Shown here piece after piece: positions 55,401 to 58,167 of a stretch of 58,167 nt of DNA. How positions within the stretch are numbered: the first letter of the stretch is position 1; the number at the start of each line of letters is the position of its first letter. The notes under the pieces are model-generated. The model worked only from the letters and a program-made list of their open reading frames with translations, searched no databases and was not told the DNA's origin. The translations under genes were made by a program, and so were the position numbers. Source of the DNA: Ministeria vibrans ATCC 50519 (lineage: Eukaryota; Protista; Filasterea); NCBI GenBank assembly GCA_943704425.1, contig CALSCP010001441.1:1-58167 (forward strand), read 5' to 3'.

Positions 55401-57712
55401 GTCTCAAACACACCCGTTCCCGCATTGTAGACCATTCGCATTTTGTGCACACGAGTGGCAACGGAGCGGTCTTCCTCGTCCGGCAACTCTTCTCTACGCA
55501 GTGCAGCCACCAGAGCCGTCTTGCCTGCCTCGGTCGCACCCAAGAACAGCACTTTGATCGACCGACACTTTACTGAGCCACGTTTCATCGCAGCGGAGAA
55601 GACCATGTGAATTTTCGTCGTTCTAAATACCATCGATATAGTAAGACTTATTGTTTAAAACAATCTCGCATCAAAGCAAAATGTAAACTTACGACGCCGG
55701 GACGTGATCCAAGTCGCCGCTGCCTGTGGTCGTGGCAAACTTGTGCGAGCCGATGACAGTTGCTGACTCCACATTTCTCTTACCAGGTTCGTCGGCTATC
55801 CACCGCTGCCCATTACAAGCTGACCGCTCTCCCAAGTCGGTTCGCAACTCGCATTCAATAGACGGAGACGATGTCGCCCCAAAGTTTGTAATGCTTCGGG
55901 ATGGTTGAGGAATTGCAGACGCGACAGTATCTACAAAAAAAACCCCAGAGATAGATCAGACGTCGACGCCGTAACAATACAAAATGTCGAACCATGTGTT
56001 CTTGTCGTTTCTGAATCATTTTGTGACGCGCGCTGAATAACACGTAACTCAGGACTGCTCGGAGCAACAGCGACTTCAGCGGTAATTTCCAATGATGTTG
56101 TTGTAGTGTGACTCCGTTTCGTCGAGGGAGAAACTTGGGGTGTTGTTTGAGTAGTCCACGTGTGAGTTTCAGTTGAAACAGAAGCGGCATCTGTCCGTGA
56201 CAGAAGAAAAGATGATGTGCGATCACCAAAGTTGTAGCTAGGAGAACCCGTTACTTTTGCCATATTTTGGTCAATGTTCAGCACAACGTGACCGAGATCG
56301 TTCATCATGGCCATCAATTTGCGTAGGGTGCAATTGCCTCGTTTGCTTGAGTTGCGAGTGAGATCATCCTCGTCTCCGCAGTCCGCACTGTCGCTAGATG
56401 TATCGTCGCTGAAATTGAACGCGAGTTGAGTGGTTCGATGGAGTGAGGGCGGTGGATTCCCTGGCGGCTTCCTGAACTTTAATGGTTCATCGATGACGTG
56501 CGATGTACCCACTTCGCTGGTCTTGATAGAGTCGTTAGGAGAGAGGTGACGAGCAGCAGACGATCCCAAGGCAATTGAACCAGAAGACACTGGTACGACT
56601 AAAGAAGGGATTGGAGCGTTGTGAACAGGAAACAACGGGTGGTAAATGATGAACTCGCCGCAATTGATGTTATCGGCTGCCCAAGGCAGTCTTCGAATGA
56701 CGCATGACTGACGAAAGTAGCCGAGGTCTTCGTTGGTGTGAAGTTGTTTATATTCGGCTATGATGATAGGAAGGGCAATGTTGTTGATATGATGTTGAAG
56801 TACGGCGATGGTAAACCACATACGGGGCGACCCTTTCGAGTACGGAGGAGAGTTGAAAATGTACAGTGTGTTGTTGGGTGAATCGTCCCACAAAACGCGT
56901 CCCAAAACCTCGGACAACAAAGTCGTCTCTCTCAAAGAGAAAGCCTGATGAGATGCAGTGGTGGCCGCCAAGCCTTGAAAGGAAACTTTGGCTTCGAGTT
57001 TTTGTAAAGAGGCGCGAAATTTGGTGCCAGACTTTTGAAGGCACGTCTGTGGAGTCGAGAGCTTGCTGAAAGCTTCTGCTGCGTGACAGGCATCAACAAT
57101 GACGAGGGTACTTTGCTTCCAGCGATCTTGTCCCTCGAGGTCAAGATCGAGACGAAGCTTCTCGATCGAATAGAGGCCGTCGTACAGATAGGGTTCGCTG
57201 TAGAGGGAGGTATTGCTCAGAGCAATACCAAAACACTTATCGGCGCTTTTGTCAGCGTTAATTCCATGACCAGCGATGTACACCACAAGGTTATCAGATG
57301 GTGTGGGCGTTCGATTTGGTATCATATCGGCGACAGAGCGGATGGCGTCTAAAATGTTCTCCCGAGTCGGACTGTTCGTTCGCCACGAAAGCTGACGAGT
57401 TTTGCAAAGTTGTTCAGCAACACGACACGTCTTTTCGTCCAATGCGCGTTTGGTTGCGTCCAACACCGTCGTTGTTGGCATCGGAGAGTCACAGAGAACA
57501 AACGCATGGAAGCCAATGCTGGCAAGGTACACAGCAACGTTACGCAATGAACGAGGAACCGCATTGAGCGGTTCAAGATAGAGTGGACCAGTGGGGACGT
57601 TTTTCTTCAACTTCAAGTCGTAACGCATGCTGTCGTACGCGCTGCGGCCTACAAGGAGAGCGTACCGTGCTGGTCCGACAACATAAGGTGCTGATGGTGG
57701 AGACGTAGCCAT
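52412..57712 (-). CDS. Caspase-like (C14) - linker - Roc GTPase - COR-like - caspase-like (C14) fusion, ~1664 aa. Exons 57712-55993, 55930-55784, 55723-55693, 55622-55015, 54957-53281, 53223-52412
   Basis: Five GT-AG introns of 57-70 bp join four ORFs in frame (4995 nt total). Motifs: YIAGHG/IVDACH; FLGATEAGKT, DFAG, VGTHID; HLLGHG/VCDFCNAG. Confidence 0.82.
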
Positions 57713-58167
57713 TTGAAAAGGGGTGTGGTATACGAAAAAAAATTGCAATATTCAGTTACTTTAGAAAATAGAATACTTGGGACGAAGATCTATGGTCGAA
57801 GAATTGGGATGACTTGCTGATTAGTCATCGACGACACTTCACACTCAGTGAGCTCACCAAGCCTACAGAGCCTGTCAGCCAGACTCAGCCTGAAGGGCTT
57901 TTACGCCCCGCTCTGATCACTGATAAGACCTGAGAATGTTGTTTTTTTAATTTTTAAGAAGTTCACGCTGCGATGAAAACAAAAAAAAAAAAACAAGGGT
58001 ACCGCAGCGAGTATCTAAGTAACGCCAGGCATCCTGGCACACTCACATCCGCAGCAAAAAACACATGGCCTTGCGACTGTGCCGGAGTCTAACGACGAGA
58101 CCTACACGACGGCAGACGAACTGCGAGGAGAGAGAGGCTAGGGGGACGACCCCCCTCCCTCCCTCCC

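Overview
Gene-dense, intron-rich eukaryotic DNA with short GT-AG introns, many containing poly-A or microsatellite runs. The gene content (full-length GAK/auxilin, CREB3-type bZIP, PBX-like homeobox, SSX2IP, TMEM104, TTC36, ependymin-like) suggests a unicellular holozoan or related protist; this is inferred, not verified. About 26 genes can be reconstructed by hand-splicing, mostly housekeeping: THUMPD1, TUG/ASPSCR1, PSTK, NDUFAF5, GAK, MRM2, TMEM104, TTC36, SNU13, ISCA1, CREB3-like, EEF2KMT, PCTAIRE CDK, INO1, RICTOR, SEH1, DAP3 and SSX2IP. Four unusual architectures appear only after splicing. (1) A ~1664-aa caspase-like/Roc-COR/caspase-like protein at 52412-57712 (-), with both His/Cys dyads intact; a candidate GTPase-switched dual-protease immunity or cell-death device. 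(2) A 7TM membrane protein fused to a TKL kinase with WRD/DVG motifs. (3) A PBC-domain PBX-like protein whose homeodomain lacks the TALE insertion. (4) A tandem double-RhoGDI protein. All family assignments come from recalled motifs; no database search was run.
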